A stretch of 64,000 nt of DNA from Octopus sinensis (GCF_006345805.1 NC_043001.1:45260001-45324000), one strand, 5' to 3'; counted from the stretch's first letter, positions 1 to 12,721 are shown. The notes: generated by a model not told the origin, from the sequence alone. Program-made: numbers and translations.

Positions 1-254
1 CAGGTATCTCCACTCCTAACACAAACATGATTCCACCACCACCACCACCACCATTACCATCATAACCACACCCTACCGTGTCTCCATAGCAAGCGGCACT
101 TTCTTAAAAAAAATCTCCATAGAGATTGTGGCTGTATTGCAATATATTTGAAAATTTTGATAACATTCAGGACTTTAATTCTCATAAGCAGATAATTATT
201 AATTTACTTTAAATATGGGGTTTTGGACCCATTAATTTTGGTAGCAATAACCAG

Positions 255-450
255 TTGATAATCTTATCCACGATTATAATAAGCAGCTTTCACTGCACTA
301 TGTATGCATATATTATATATCACATGTATTTTGTGTGTATGTGCATGTTTGTTTACAAACACAGATAATAGATAGATAGCTAATTGATAACATTATCCAT
401 AATTATAATAAACAGCTTCCACTGTATGTTATATATGCATATATTGTGTG
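255..450 (+). repeat. Diverged tandem duplication, period about 129 bp
   Basis: TTGATAA..TTATCCA..ATTATAATAA.CAGCTT.CACTG at 255 and 384. Confidence 0.75.
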
Positions 451-924
451 TGCGTGTGTGCACGTGTGCATGTAACAATAATATAAGCTTTGAGATTAGG
501 GGAAAAACATGTTCAAATATTTCATAGTATAACAACAAATTCAGCAAAATATTTGTCCTTTGAATAAAAACGTTAAAAAAATAAATGCACTTGCTTTATT
601 TTTTTCTGTAAATGTCAATATGACATTAGAAAGAAATGAATTCACATCATTTAACAAAGACACTTGTAATAATATATACAATGAAATTTCACTAAGCATC
701 GCCTTGATACACAAGGAACTTCATCCAATTACATTCTATCGCAAGTATCAAAGAGCTTCTCCTTCCCTTTTCACTTCTCTATGAATTTAATATTAAAAAT
801 ACAGTGCAGAAAAAGAAAAGAAACTTTTAAAAATGAGTTCTTCCTTACCTAATATTCAATAATAAATCCAAGAGGGACCATAATATAAAGCATGCAAATA
901 GTAAGTTTGTGGTGTGTGTCTGCA

Positions 925-962
<38 letters not shown>

Positions 963-1135
963 AAGTACAAAGAGAGAGAACCAATAATTGACTCCCAAAG
1001 GATGAGTTTTCTTTGTTTTCACTCAGGTATCAGTTTAAAGAAGCTTAGTAATCACAACAGTCCCTGTACTGGCTATGAATTGTAGTAGTAGCAGGAGCAT
1101 TATAGCATTATAGAATACATATATATATCACTTAC

Positions 1136-1175
1136 CAACTTGGGCTGACAGTCTTGAGTGACTGACTACAATCGG
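1136..1175 (-). CDS. Candidate 40-nt exon (ADCSQSLKTVSPS); an alternative acceptor gives a 30-nt form starting at 1165
   Basis: Pyrimidine tract cttcctttcttgtacctgttaccttgatag; consensus donor TTG|gtaagt. Confidence 0.55.
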
Positions 1176-1904
1176 CTATCAAGGTAACAGGTACAAGAAA
1201 GGAAGCAGTCTACTTGCATTTATTAATTACTAAATAAAACTAAAAACTACAAACAAAAAAGATAACACCAAGGACGAAAAAGGAAAACAAAAACAATATA
1301 GCCTTAGCCCCCACTTTCGCCCAAACACCTCATCCTACCTTAGGTCACATCTTTGAGTATCTCTATTCTAGAATCAATATCTTAACTACACAAATAAACT
1401 TAATTCCAGTCTCAACACATCCTGAAACACAAAACAACAACAACAGCAAACTGACAAACAATAACCTGGTGCAGTATAGCCATAGCTGTAGTAGTGGTGG
1501 TGGAGGTGGTAGTTAATGTTTTTGTTGTTGTACAGTGGTAGAGTGGGGAAATAAAGAAACTAAATAGTATCTAATCAATAAAGCTATTTATTTTTATTTT
1601 ATTTTATTTTTTTACAAAAGCTTGCTATTAAAATCAGATATTCTGAAAACCACCAAAGGGTTAAATTTAGCCTTATAGGATAGTTTAGACAGATAACACC
1701 TCTCACTTACACTGTCTTATTCGTTAAAAAGCAAACTTACTTCTTTTTCTAAAACTTATTTTTATCAAACAATTCTAACTAGATTTTAAAGTAATCCTGG
1801 AGGGCAATTAACACAGATTGTTGCTAAGAATATATAGTAAGTGGATTTAAAACCTCTAAATCTTTAATAACAGGACACAAGTAACACCCACACCATCAAC
1901 AATT

Positions 1905-2755
1905 TCTAATTTAGGCACAAAGCCAGCATTTCTGGGTTGATCATAGCAACCTCAGTACTTGACTAGTACTTAATTTTATCAAGCCTGGAACAAAGAAGGG
2001 TCAAGTTAACTCTGAATCCAGAATGTAAAGTTGGAGGAAACACTGCAAGGGATATTGTTCAACACTAACAATTCAGCCAATCTACCACACTTGATGATGA
2101 TGATAATAATAATGAATTCAAATTTTGGCAAAAAGCCAGCAATTTTGAGGGGAGGGAGTAGGACAAGTCAATTACATCAACCCCAGTGCTTGACTGATAT
2201 TTTATTTTATCAACCTCAAAAGGATGAAAGGCAAAGTTAACCTTGGTGGGTTTTGAACTCAGAATGCAAAGACCTGGAAAAAATGTTGCTAAGCATTTTG
2301 TCCAATGCATCAACAATTCTTTCAGCTTGCCTAAGTAATAATAATAATGGCTTCAAATTTTGCCACAAAGGCAGCAATTGGGGGGGGGGGATGAAAGGCA
2401 AAGTCAACCTCAACGGAATTTGAACTCAGAATGTAAAGACAAATGAAATGCTGCTAAGCATTTTGCCCAGCATGCTAACGATTCTGCCAGCTCACTGCCT
2501 ATCAATAATAATAATAATAATAATTTCAAATTTCAGCACTGGCCAGCAGTTTTTGAGGGGAGGAGGAAGTCAATTATATCAATCACAGTACTTTACTAGT
2601 ACTTATTTCATTGACCCTGAAAGATGAAAGGCAAAGTTGACCTCAGTGGAATTAGAACTCATTATGTAAAGATGGACAAAACACTGCTAAGCATTTTGCC
2701 TGGTGTGCTAACAATTCTGCCTACTCACCACATCAATAATAATAATAATAATAAA
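1905..2755 (-). mobile_element. Tandem array of 4 tRNA-derived SINEs (family A, Meta-domain-like) separated by (AAT)n
   Basis: A box TGGCAGAATCGTTAG, B box GAGTTCAAATTC, core GCCTTTCATCCTTT.GGGGTCGATAAAATAAGTACCAG. Confidence 0.88.
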
Positions 2756-2759
2756 AATA

Positions 2760-3330
2760 AAACTGGTTTAGATAATGACTGAAGGATCTATGGTTGATAA
2801 GGAGAGTCTTGGCTTTGAGATATTGTATCTGGGGTTTATTGGTATCTAGATGTTGGACTATTAGTTTGGGGATCTGTAATTCATGGTAGTTGCTGAAGTT
2901 TATAGATATCAGAACATTGAGGTGTCTGCAGTTCCTGATAGTACAAAGCACCCCCACCACTCAGGATAAAAACCCCTCAAAAGTTAAAGTTAAAAATAAG
3001 ACAAAAGTACTATATAAATTATGGTAGGTTTAGTATTTTTATAGGGTTGTTCCACTGAAGACATTTTGATGATATTTAGATGTGGGTGAGGTGGCAGTGA
3101 GGTTTTGCAGGTTTTTGTTTTTAACTTGTGATTCACATCTTGTAATTGGTGTTACTATTCTACACATGAGTAAGAGTTTGGGTTACTTATAACACATCAT
3201 TGTTTAGTCTGTAGACATTGACCTGCATATTTGCTTGTTAGAAAATAGCAGCATCAATCATATAAGTTAGAGAGAGTCCTTGAAATTCATGGTTATCACT
3301 ATTTTTTCCTAAGTCTAAAACAAAAAAGGT
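2760..3330 (-). mobile_element. Possible highly decayed Penelope-like GIY-YIG endonuclease remnant
   Basis: LTYMI and KYAGQ pieces, CRHL and a terminal LIN..LNQ; all frameshifted. Confidence 0.3.
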
Positions 3331-4207
3331 AGTTTAAACTTTTCATTCTTCAAAGATCAATAAAATTAATAAACTAAGCATGTACTGAAGTCAATTTGAA
3401 TGACTCTACTTCCCTTCAGCAAATTTGTGCAATCGTTACAATATAAGATATTGCTATTACTACAAATATGACTAAGCTGGTATAAATAATGGCAGAATCA
3501 AATGAATTTCATTTTGTTATTTAATCCACTGCCCGAAAAAAAGCCTTGTTGGGTCAATAAAATAAGGACAGTAGTTAATTCATTCAGTCAGCTACATACC
3601 TCACTTATGTTATAACTGGTAACTCTGAATAGCAATGGTTTCTTAACCGAGTTCTCTTTTGCTTCGGATTCTGATCAGAATTATCTCAATTCATACTGTT
3701 ATTTAAAGTGCCTGAATGAGTATCGTAAGTCCTATTTCCTCCCACAAACAACCATAAAGTCACTATTGATAAATACTGCTCAGTATGAAAAAAGAGTCAG
3801 TAAAAGCTTACACATGATGTTGATTTGATTTGTCACAATCGCACAAGATTGCTGGGTTGAAGTTATGCGACAAAAATTGTAGTATAGTTTAGGCCACTAG
3901 TACTGCAACAATTTTATATCACTGAACCAGAAATGGGCTTCTAGATGTACAAAAAATGTTGATAAACTTTAGAAAATCTTTGGTTGTGTATGGCTTAATC
4001 ATACTATTATAACTTTTTAAAACTATTAACTTCATCATTAGAGATGGAAAAATATTTTAACATTTACATCTTCCCTAATGTGTGCAAAGTACACACCCGG
4101 GAATGATACACCTGATGAATGAGAGAAATACAGTATAGGCATAAATATTTAAATATTTATACCAACATTATGAGAAATGTTAATCATCTAAAAAAATTAT
4201 AATATTA

Positions 4208-5165
4208 ACATTAACTACTCAGAGACATTTAGACATGCTTAATACTATTTTCAGTAGTAATACTAGAAAAAAAAAAATGATGGCTGTTGCTCACAAATCA
4301 GTATGACCTAGACACATGTACCATGTTTTTGCTAATTGTATTCAGTGTCTATATAGTTGTGAATACAGACACTCTTCTGGCCTTCCTACCACATGGAACA
4401 ATAAAATATTGAAGATGTGACAGCTGGAGGGAGAACGCACGAGGCTGGAACTCATTTTCAACTGAGTGAATTCAAGTAACATGAAATGAAATGACTTGCT
4501 CGAGGACACAACATGCTGCCTACTTCAAAAATTGAATCCCAGTATATTGAACCCAAAACTAACCGCAAGGCAATGCACTCTGTTAGATTCAAATACTTCA
4601 TGTCAGTTGGTGTTAACATCATGTTGAAGCTAATTCACTTCACTTTTACCACTGATATTTTCAGAAAAGTGTGGAAAGCTAAATCTCTCTCTCCCTTCGC
4701 TTGTACAGTTCCTAAATGGAAACAACATTCCTTACTAGCTACAGTTGCAATCATGCAACAAAAGTAATGCAGCTGATTATGTCAGAACTACATTTATACA
4801 GTGTGAAGGTACATTGTCTTGAGGTTAGTGTTGGGTTCATGATGCTGGGATTCAATTTCTGAAGTAGGCAGCATGTTGTATCCTTGAGCAAGTCATTTCA
4901 TTTCATCTTACTTGAATTCACTCAGTTGAAAATGAGTTCCAGCCTAGTGCTTTCTCCCTCAGCTGTCAGATGACCCATGTGGTAAGAAGTCCAGAAGACT
5001 GTGTGTGTGTGTGTTCACAATTATATAGGCACTGAATACAACTAGCAAAAATATGGTACATGTGCCTAGGTCATACTGATTTGTGGGCAACAGCCATAAT
5101 TTGTTTCTAGTATTACTGCTGAAAATAATATTAAGCATGTCTAAATGTCCCTGAATAGTTAATGT
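4208..5165. repeat. Long inverted repeat, arms about 4208-4578 and 4809-5165, spacer about 230 bp
   Basis: Arms align along their length with scattered substitutions and a few indels; each includes a SINE head plus flanking sequence. Confidence 0.92.
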
Positions 5166-5499
5166 GGACAATAGTTAGTGGAGATTTTTTTCATTCTATT
5201 TCCATTGAAATCAAAATTGTTTTCATAAAAAAACATTGAGAACACTGAGTAACTGTAACAGTAGTGAAGTTTTATATGTGAGTATATGTGATTGGGGGAA
5301 GTGCTAAAATGAAACACCCTTATAGAGAATGGCTACCTAAGTGCTAATGTGCAGGAACAATAATTTGAAATGTTCATTGAGTTTGAAGACGAATCAAACC
5401 CTACACCAAGAATGGTAGTTTTTAAATAGAGTGTAGGCATATATAAGAGAATTCAAAACCTGTTCATCTATTCCTATCAGACTCCTGTTGGATTCTTAC

Positions 5500-5518
5500 C
5501 AAATTCTCTAATGCCTTT
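5500..5518 (-). CDS. Candidate 19-nt microexon (KGIREF in phase 0, KALENL in phase 2)
   Basis: Long pyrimidine tract ending gtttcgacag; donor TTG|gtaaga. Confidence 0.55.
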
Positions 5519-6042
5519 CTGTCGAAACACATAAAGGAAAAATAGTAATAGAGAGAATGGGGGGATGTGAAGAGATAAATTTAATCTACAATGACAGATA
5601 GCAATCATTACCAGCAGAGAGATAAGAGGGGGAGTACTGAAATAATCAGAAACAATAAAAGACAAGCCCCAAACAATTCAAAGATACTACAATTTATAAA
5701 AGACTAAGCAGAAAGAAAATATAGCATGTCTTTATATTTGTATTTATGTTATATTCAAGCAAAAATTAAATGGGACAAATTACATACAATTTTTAAAGGG
5801 TTCAATGACATATATATAACCCAGTAAAATACCCTCCCTTTTATTTCTTTTCAATCAGCAGATAGTAAAAATCTAAAGAACAGAAAGACAGAAGATTTTG
5901 AAACAATGAATCTTCTGTATCTCAAACAACTCTAAATAGCAAGCCAACTGCTAGTGGTAGTGGTGGTGGTGGCTGGGATAAGAGACCAGAATAAATACAA
6001 ACCAATGTGAGGTATTAGAAAGTAACACAGTATGTGCTTTAC

Positions 6043-6052
6043 TTGAAAGACT
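6043..6052 (-). CDS. Candidate 10-nt microexon AGTCTTTCAA
   Basis: ctctggctttcaacag|...CAA|gtaaag; ctaac branch-like motif upstream. Confidence 0.3.
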
Positions 6053-6477
6053 CTGTTGAAAGCCAGAGTAGTTTCTTTGTTCCAGAGTTAGTTGGCTTTA
6101 AGAATGTGCTTGAGATAAATTATTGTAGATAACCTAGTTAAATGTCCAAATGGTCTCAAAATTGAACTTGAAACAACTCAACAAGGGAGCAGCTATGCAG
6201 TCACCCTGCTAGAAACAGCAGCCAAATCTTGCTCAAATCATGCTATATCATAAAGAAAGCATGATTAAAAGGACACATTGGATCATGTAAATTGTTACAT
6301 GTGAAAAGATGAAATGATCATAACTGGGAAATCTATCATCAGAAGTCTACTCAATCAGGGTTGACCAAGGGTTAAACCACAATATTACTAACAAAGATAA
6401 CAACAAAGATAAGTATTCTAATTAAGATATTAGTAAATTTCTATAAAAAATTAAAAGGAGATTTAACTTGAAATATA

Positions 6478-7957
6478 CAGGAGTTGGACAAAATAATGGA
6501 AACACCTAGCATCATAATTTTGAAATATCTATAAAACTGTCAAAAGCTTGTTTATTTTTATGTCTTTTCATTTATTATTAGTGTTGCTTAATATGTTCTG
6601 CTAAAATTGCTGTTTCTTTTCAGATATTATCAGAAAAAGGTAATTAAAATTCATTAAAATGACAGATCTTTTGGACTTTCAAAGAAGTCCAAATTGTTGG
6701 TGCTAGTATAATGAAAATAGCGGAAATGTTTGGTGTATCAAGAACTACTGTCTCGAAAGTAATGACAGCATTTGAGAAAGAGAGAAAAACCTCCTCATTG
6801 AAACAAAACTCCGAAAGAAAACCAAAACTTTCAGATAGGGACCATCGGACTCTAACATGAATTGTTAGAAAGGATCACAAAAGTACAGCTACCAAAATTA
6901 CTGCAAAGCTTGAGAATCCAATTTCCACAAATCTGTTTGCCGGGAGGTGCACAAAGCACGATTTCACGGGAGTGCTGCAATCAGAAAACCACTACTTTCA
7001 AAAACAAACATTGCAAAACATTTAGAGTGGAATGAAAACAGAACAGGTCCCTAGAGCAGCGAAAGAATGTTATTTTCTCAGATGAGTCATCCTTTACCTT
7101 ATTTATGACCACTGGCTGAGTATACATGTGGAGACAGCCAAAAGAAGAAGCATTTATCCCAGACTGCCTTCTTCCAACTGTTAAATATGGAGGAGGATCT
7201 GTGATGATCTAGGGTGCTATATCTCGCAAATCTGCTGGCCCAATGGTTTCCCTTCATGGCAGAATTAATAGTCAAGACTATTTAAGCGTTTTCATCATCA
7301 TCATCATCATCGTTTAACGTCCGTTCTCCATGCTAGCATGGGTTGGATGGTTCGACCGGGGATCTGGGAAGCCAGAAGGCTGCACCAGGCTCCGGTCTTA
7401 TCTGGCAAAGTTTCTACAGCTGGATGCCCTTCCTAATGCCAACCACTCCGAGAGTGTAGTGGGTGCTTTTTACGTGCCACCTGCACTGGTGCCAGGCGAG
7501 GCTGGCATCGGCCACAGTCGGATTGGTGCATTTTATGTGCCACCTATCTGATCAAATTCATCCTATGGTTGCTGAACTGTTTCTGGAGGGAAATGCAATC
7601 TTTCAGGATGATAATGCACCAATTCACACAGCTGAAGTTGTTACTGAATGGCATGAGGAACATTCTAGTGAACATCTTATCTAGCCACCACAATCTCTAG
7701 ATCTCAATATTATTGAACATTTATGGTGAATTTTAGAAAAACAAGTAAAGAGTCGATATCCTCCACCAACACCACTACAAGAACTGGAAACTGTTTTAGT
7801 AGAAGAATGAACAAAAATTCCTTTGGAAACAATTCAAACTTTTTACGAATCCATACTTCATAGAATTCAAGCTGTAATTACTACCAAAGGTATGCCTACC
7901 CCATATTAAAATAAATTTTGAAATTTTAAGGTGTTTCCATTATTTGTCCAGCCCCTG
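6478..7957 (+). mobile_element. Decayed near-full-length Tc1-family DNA transposon with nested SINE
   Basis: TA target duplication; TIRs CAGGAGTTGGACAAAATAATGGAAACACCT / CAGGGGCTGGACAAATAATGGAAACACCT; transposase from ATG 6659 with VIFSDESSF, FQDDNAPIH and DLNIIEHLW; multiple stops and frameshifts. Confidence 0.95.
7291..7545 (-). mobile_element. (GAT)n-tailed SINE-like retroelement (family C) inserted in the Tc1 transposase
   Basis: Interrupts DYLS..SDQIHPMV; (CAT)n at left end. Related copies near 15215, 15500, 17360, 29050, 35130, 46365, 48550 and 49220. Confidence 0.85.
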
Positions 7958-8852
7958 TAGATATCATTTTCTCAAAATTAAAACTGCCTTAACAGAATCA
8001 AGGGAAATTTAAGATATAAACACAATTCAAATTTACTAAGAAAATTTGTCCAGAGCAGTTGACAACAGCTTTTATCAAATTGATTTTAATGTAAATCAAT
8101 TTTAATACCTGAAGTCTAACATATGGAATGTGATATATTATATTACAGAGTTATATCAATGTCAGACACTCTCTTACATTACCAGTATTTTGAATGATAT
8201 TATGTATACAATCTGGGAGCAGCCATACTCTGAAGTGTCCGCCCTGAAAAATGCATCAGCATTACACATAAATATCTTTATTAGGAACCATACACACGCA
8301 ATGGTAGCAACAGTTCTTTGATTCGTGAAGAGTTAAGAAGATAAGCAGTTGCTGCACAATGGGGCTGAATTTAGAACTGTGGAATTAAGAAGCAAATTTC
8401 TTAACCACAGTTAACCTCAGCTGATTTAATTTTCTGTTTAGGGCTATTTTCAACTTCAGCATATGCTATATTTCTAGAAGGGGATTTAAACAGAATAATA
8501 ATTCTCCTTATAAGATTATGAACATATATGGATGAAGGAAGGAGGGAGAAAGAGAGAGAAAGATGAAATGAAGGTAAACCTTCAATGCATATTCCTTTAG
8601 TAAATTTAATTTTATAGTCAAAAGTAAACACTAATTTTTCTATACTTAGTCAAAACAAGAGCAAAAAATAGTGACTGGTTTCAGGTTTTATTAAACTAAT
8701 GTCAAAGGTCACTTATTTTCTTCCTACAGAGAAAATAGTAGCTTATAGTTATGTGGACAGAAAATTAAACAATTTCTGATGGAAGTTTTAGTAATAGTTG
8801 AAATTAATCAGAGCAATCTTTTTTTCTGGTCAGAGAAAGAAAAATCTGAGAA

Positions 8853-10262
8853 AAAAGCCTCAATTCTCCTTTTTCCTAATTTTCCCCTTCATACCACATT
8901 AAATAAATCAAGTTGTATTTTCTTTATTACATTCTAGCCTTCCATACTCAAGGTTGATGGTAATAATTCCACTGGATCTACCAGTTGTGTTAAACATTAA
9001 ATATATTACCACTGTTATGGTGTTAGTGATGGGGACCAACATTATTATAGTCATTCTAATATATTGATACACATGAGTGACTATATTTTTAAATAGAATT
9101 AATTTTAGATCGATTCAATTATAAATTGAATTGATTTTATTATTATTATCAATTTGAAAATATAGCCACGAAACGCGCATAGTCTTTTTACTACTATTTA
9201 TTATTTATTGTACTTTATCGATTTTTAGAATAAGGTTTTTATAGTATATGTTTTCTATATGGTGTGAATAACATCTTCCACTAATGAATTGTTTAATAGA
9301 GGTTTTTCTCTAAATTATATACATATTATACATTGTGAGATTTGATTTAAAATTGTTAAATTGAAGATTTCCCTGTAAGTTTTGAAATTATATTCCCTAC
9401 TATTATATATATATAAATAACAATTATTATTTGAGGGAATAAAATCCAAAACTTACAAGGAAAAAATTCAATTTAGAAATACTAAATCACATTTCACACA
9501 ATATAATATATATATAAAAAATTAGAAAAAAAACACCTTTTATCAATTCAAAATGAACAATTAAATTACACCATCTAGAAAATTACATATAATAGAAATA
9601 TTAAAATTAAAATAACAATAAAACGTCAATGATTAAGTAAATTGCAAAAAAATGTATATATATATATATATATATATATAAATGAAATTACAGTACATAA
9701 ACTAAGGAATTTGTCATGGTGGCTGTTACAGAAACGGGGCCAATGTGAAGATGGCATGAAAAACAAAAAATAAAAAAAGATGAGAATCAACAGTTTGTAC
9801 TTCATTATCTGTGGTGGGTAACAAAATCAATAGAATATAGTAGAAAATGTCTTGCAGTATTTCATTATCTCTTTATGTTCTATGTTCAATTTCAGCTGGT
9901 GACAACTGTATTTGTGTATAATACACAATTTTTCTCCCCCTGCTTTTTGGGATTGCACATTCTATTAAGCGTATCACTATATTCAGGATAGCATGACAAG
10001 AAGTTAGTTATATTTACTGTCCAAGCTAACTCATGTGTAACAATCGATTAGAATAACTTTAATAATGTTGGTCCCCATCACTAACACCATAACAGTGGTA
10101 ATATATTTAATGTTTAACAGAACTGGTAGATCCAGTGGAATTATTGCCATCAACCTTGAGTATGGAAGGCTAGAATGTAATACTGCCAGTATAGAAAATA
10201 CAACCTGATTTATTTAATGTGGTATGAATGGGAAATTAGGTAAAAGGAGAATTGAGGCTTTT
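8853..10262. repeat. Long inverted repeat, arms about 8853-9078 and 10029-10262, with a nested inner inverted pair
   Basis: Near-identical reverse-complement arms with one indel of about 10 nt; inner pair about 9250-9400 and 9433-9590. Confidence 0.93.
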
Positions 10263-10445
10263 GTGAAGATTTGGATCACCATAAACAAATCATCCCTGCA
10301 AGAAATAGCAGAACCATCTTTTACAGTCCCAAGAGACTACCATTATTATAATAAAGATAGATAATACAAAAATATTACCATGATCAAAATGAGAATATAA
10401 ATTGAGAAAATATAAATACTTTTGTTTCTGAAACACTGTAATTAC

Positions 10446-10472
10446 TGGGATGAACTGTCACGGTATACATTT
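10446..10472 (-). CDS. Candidate 27-nt microexon (NVYRDSSS in phase 2)
   Basis: tgtttgtcctttcaacag|...CCA|gtaatt; length 3n; CpG retained. Confidence 0.5.
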
Positions 10473-10759
10473 CTGTTGAAAGGACAAACATGTCTGACAA
10501 TGAAAGTATTTAATGGAAGTATCATGGAAATGTTTACATTCTGCTTTATGCCTTTTATATTGTTCTGTGGCGGTTGACTTTTCACAAGTTCACTTTTCTG
10601 TAGATACATTTTTACAGACTACAATGGTAAAGTTCAAAGGTCACTTTTGAATTTTGGGGGGATATGAACTTTTTCAATGCAATTAAAACTAATTTGACTA
10701 AACATGCCTTCTGTTATGTTATAATATGAAGGGGAGAAAAGGTGTATGCATTATAGAAA

Positions 10760-12210
10760 TATTAAATCGATCCCAGTACTTAATTGATATTTTATGGTAT
10801 CAACTTGACTTTGGTGAGATTTAAATTGCAAAAATTTTGTCTGATGACCTAATGATTCTACCAATCCATTGCATGCCAGCCAAGTTTTCCTCTCACAAAC
10901 ATGTGGCCAATTGTAGAAATTACTACTGTCATTACTGTGTTTGAGTATAGTGGATAGCAGAATCAGTTAAATATGAAGTAAAATGCTTTGAATTATTTAG
11001 TTATGGTCCATTCATTCTGAATTCAAAACCCACCAAGATCAACTTTGCATTTTATCTCCCTGGGATGGATAAAATAAAGTACCATCCAAGTTTTGGGGTT
11101 GATTTAATTGATTATACACTCTCTCTCAAAAAGTGTGGCTTTGTGTTAATATTAGACATTAACATTTAGTTAAGTCCCTTGCAGATGACACTGTTGACTG
11201 TTTCAAATGCAGCCATACAAAAATAGAAAAGTTTTCAAAATTTATTTTATCCATGTATTCTATAACATGTATGAGTAGATGTGAAATAGTAATGGCAAAA
11301 AATTAATATTTAACATTCAATTATCATCATCATTACACCAATGCTCTAAACGATATTGATAGAATTGTTACAGAATTAAAAGAATTTGCTCTTGTCCTTT
11401 ATGTTTTAAGTTCAAATTCTGCTAAGGTCAACTTTACCTTTCATCCTTTGGGGTTCAAAAAAATAAAACACCAGACAAGTACTGGAGTGGATGGATTTGA
11501 CTGACCTTCTCTCATCAAAATGGTTGGCCTTGCACCTAATCAGAAACTTTTCATTCTGCTAATGTTGATTAAATAATGTACCCTTCAAGTAGCTGATGAT
11601 ATTGACTGATACTCTCCCTTCAAAATTGCTGGACTTGAGCCTAAATCAAAAACCACATTGGAAATAACACCTTAATTTGGTAAGGTGGATATAGTTAAGA
11701 AGATCAACTCAAGTATTTCATTGTAACTATACTGGTAGGATGAAGGGTAAAGTTGAATTTAGCAGGATTAAATTTAAAATGTAACAGGTCATAACTAAAT
11801 GCAGTAGGCTATTTTGTCCAATGCTCTAACAATTCTACCAAACCACAACCTGAAGATTTATATCACCAGTATTACTGTATGAGAAATATTTTTTTATTGA
11901 TAGTGCTACTGATTTTTTCATTAATACAAAATCACAAACTTATGAGAAAAGTGTTTTGTCGATCAAATTAATCCAGCACAAGACTATCAATTCTTGAGGA
12001 GTTAACAGCAAAGTCTACCCCAGTAGCATTTCAACTCTGAACATTATTGATGGAATTATTTGTTTCTTACAATAAGAACAAAGCCATAAATTTTGTGGAG
12101 CAGAACAATCAGTTATATTGACTGCACAACTTCACTGGTAACATACTTTATTGACTCTGGAAAATGACATACAGAATTGACACCAAGGAGATTTGAACTC
12201 AGAAGTTAAC
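10760..12210. mobile_element. Cluster of old, diverged family A SINEs in both orientations
   Basis: Degenerate B box and core motifs near 10950-11160, 11350-11550, 11690-11850 and 12060-12210. Confidence 0.7.
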
Positions 12211-12721
12211 AGAAACTATAACTATTTTTTTTTAGCTAATCCAACACTCTTCATTGACAACAATATTGATTTCTTACACTGGAAATGTTTAGAATTCTAT
12301 AACAAACTAAAAGTAAAATGTTCTACAATTGCTTGAAAGCAATAATACTGCTCACAAATGTAAAGAAGTATATGAGCCCACCCAAGCCCTCACTTTTGTC
12401 ATTTTCCCTTCCATAATAGTATACTATTTGAAGCATCAAGTATTATTAATAGGTGTTTCAGGATTCTGAACGACTGAAAAATAACTTAATGCTACATCAA
12501 GATGTTATCACTATCATGCTGATAATTGAAATGATTTCTGACAATGAAAACTTTTCATTTGATAATATAGTTTCAGGCACATGTGTTTGCTTTCTTATAT
12601 GTCACAAAATATTTTGAAGTGGAAGAAGATGGATCTAGAGGGATTTTATTTAAAGAAAGTAAACTTTTGTATATATAATGGATTTTATATTTCCTACACA
12701 AATATTAAGTATATTTCATAC

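Noticed and set aside
1905-2755. Regularly spaced repeats suggestive of a CRISPR-like array or tRNA genes
   Set aside because: Units are SINEs of about 210 bp with microsatellite spacers in eukaryotic DNA; heads have A/B boxes but no cloverleaf.
3600-3670. 71-nt minus exon candidate ESEAKENSVKKPLLFRVTSYNISE with good donor GAG|gtatgt
   Set aside because: Weak acceptor, and it changes the exit frame of the chain; still worth checking in RNA-seq.
4105-4140. CTGATGA..GAAA hammerhead-like string
   Set aside because: Stems I and II cannot form; similar failures near 31200 and 47860-47900.
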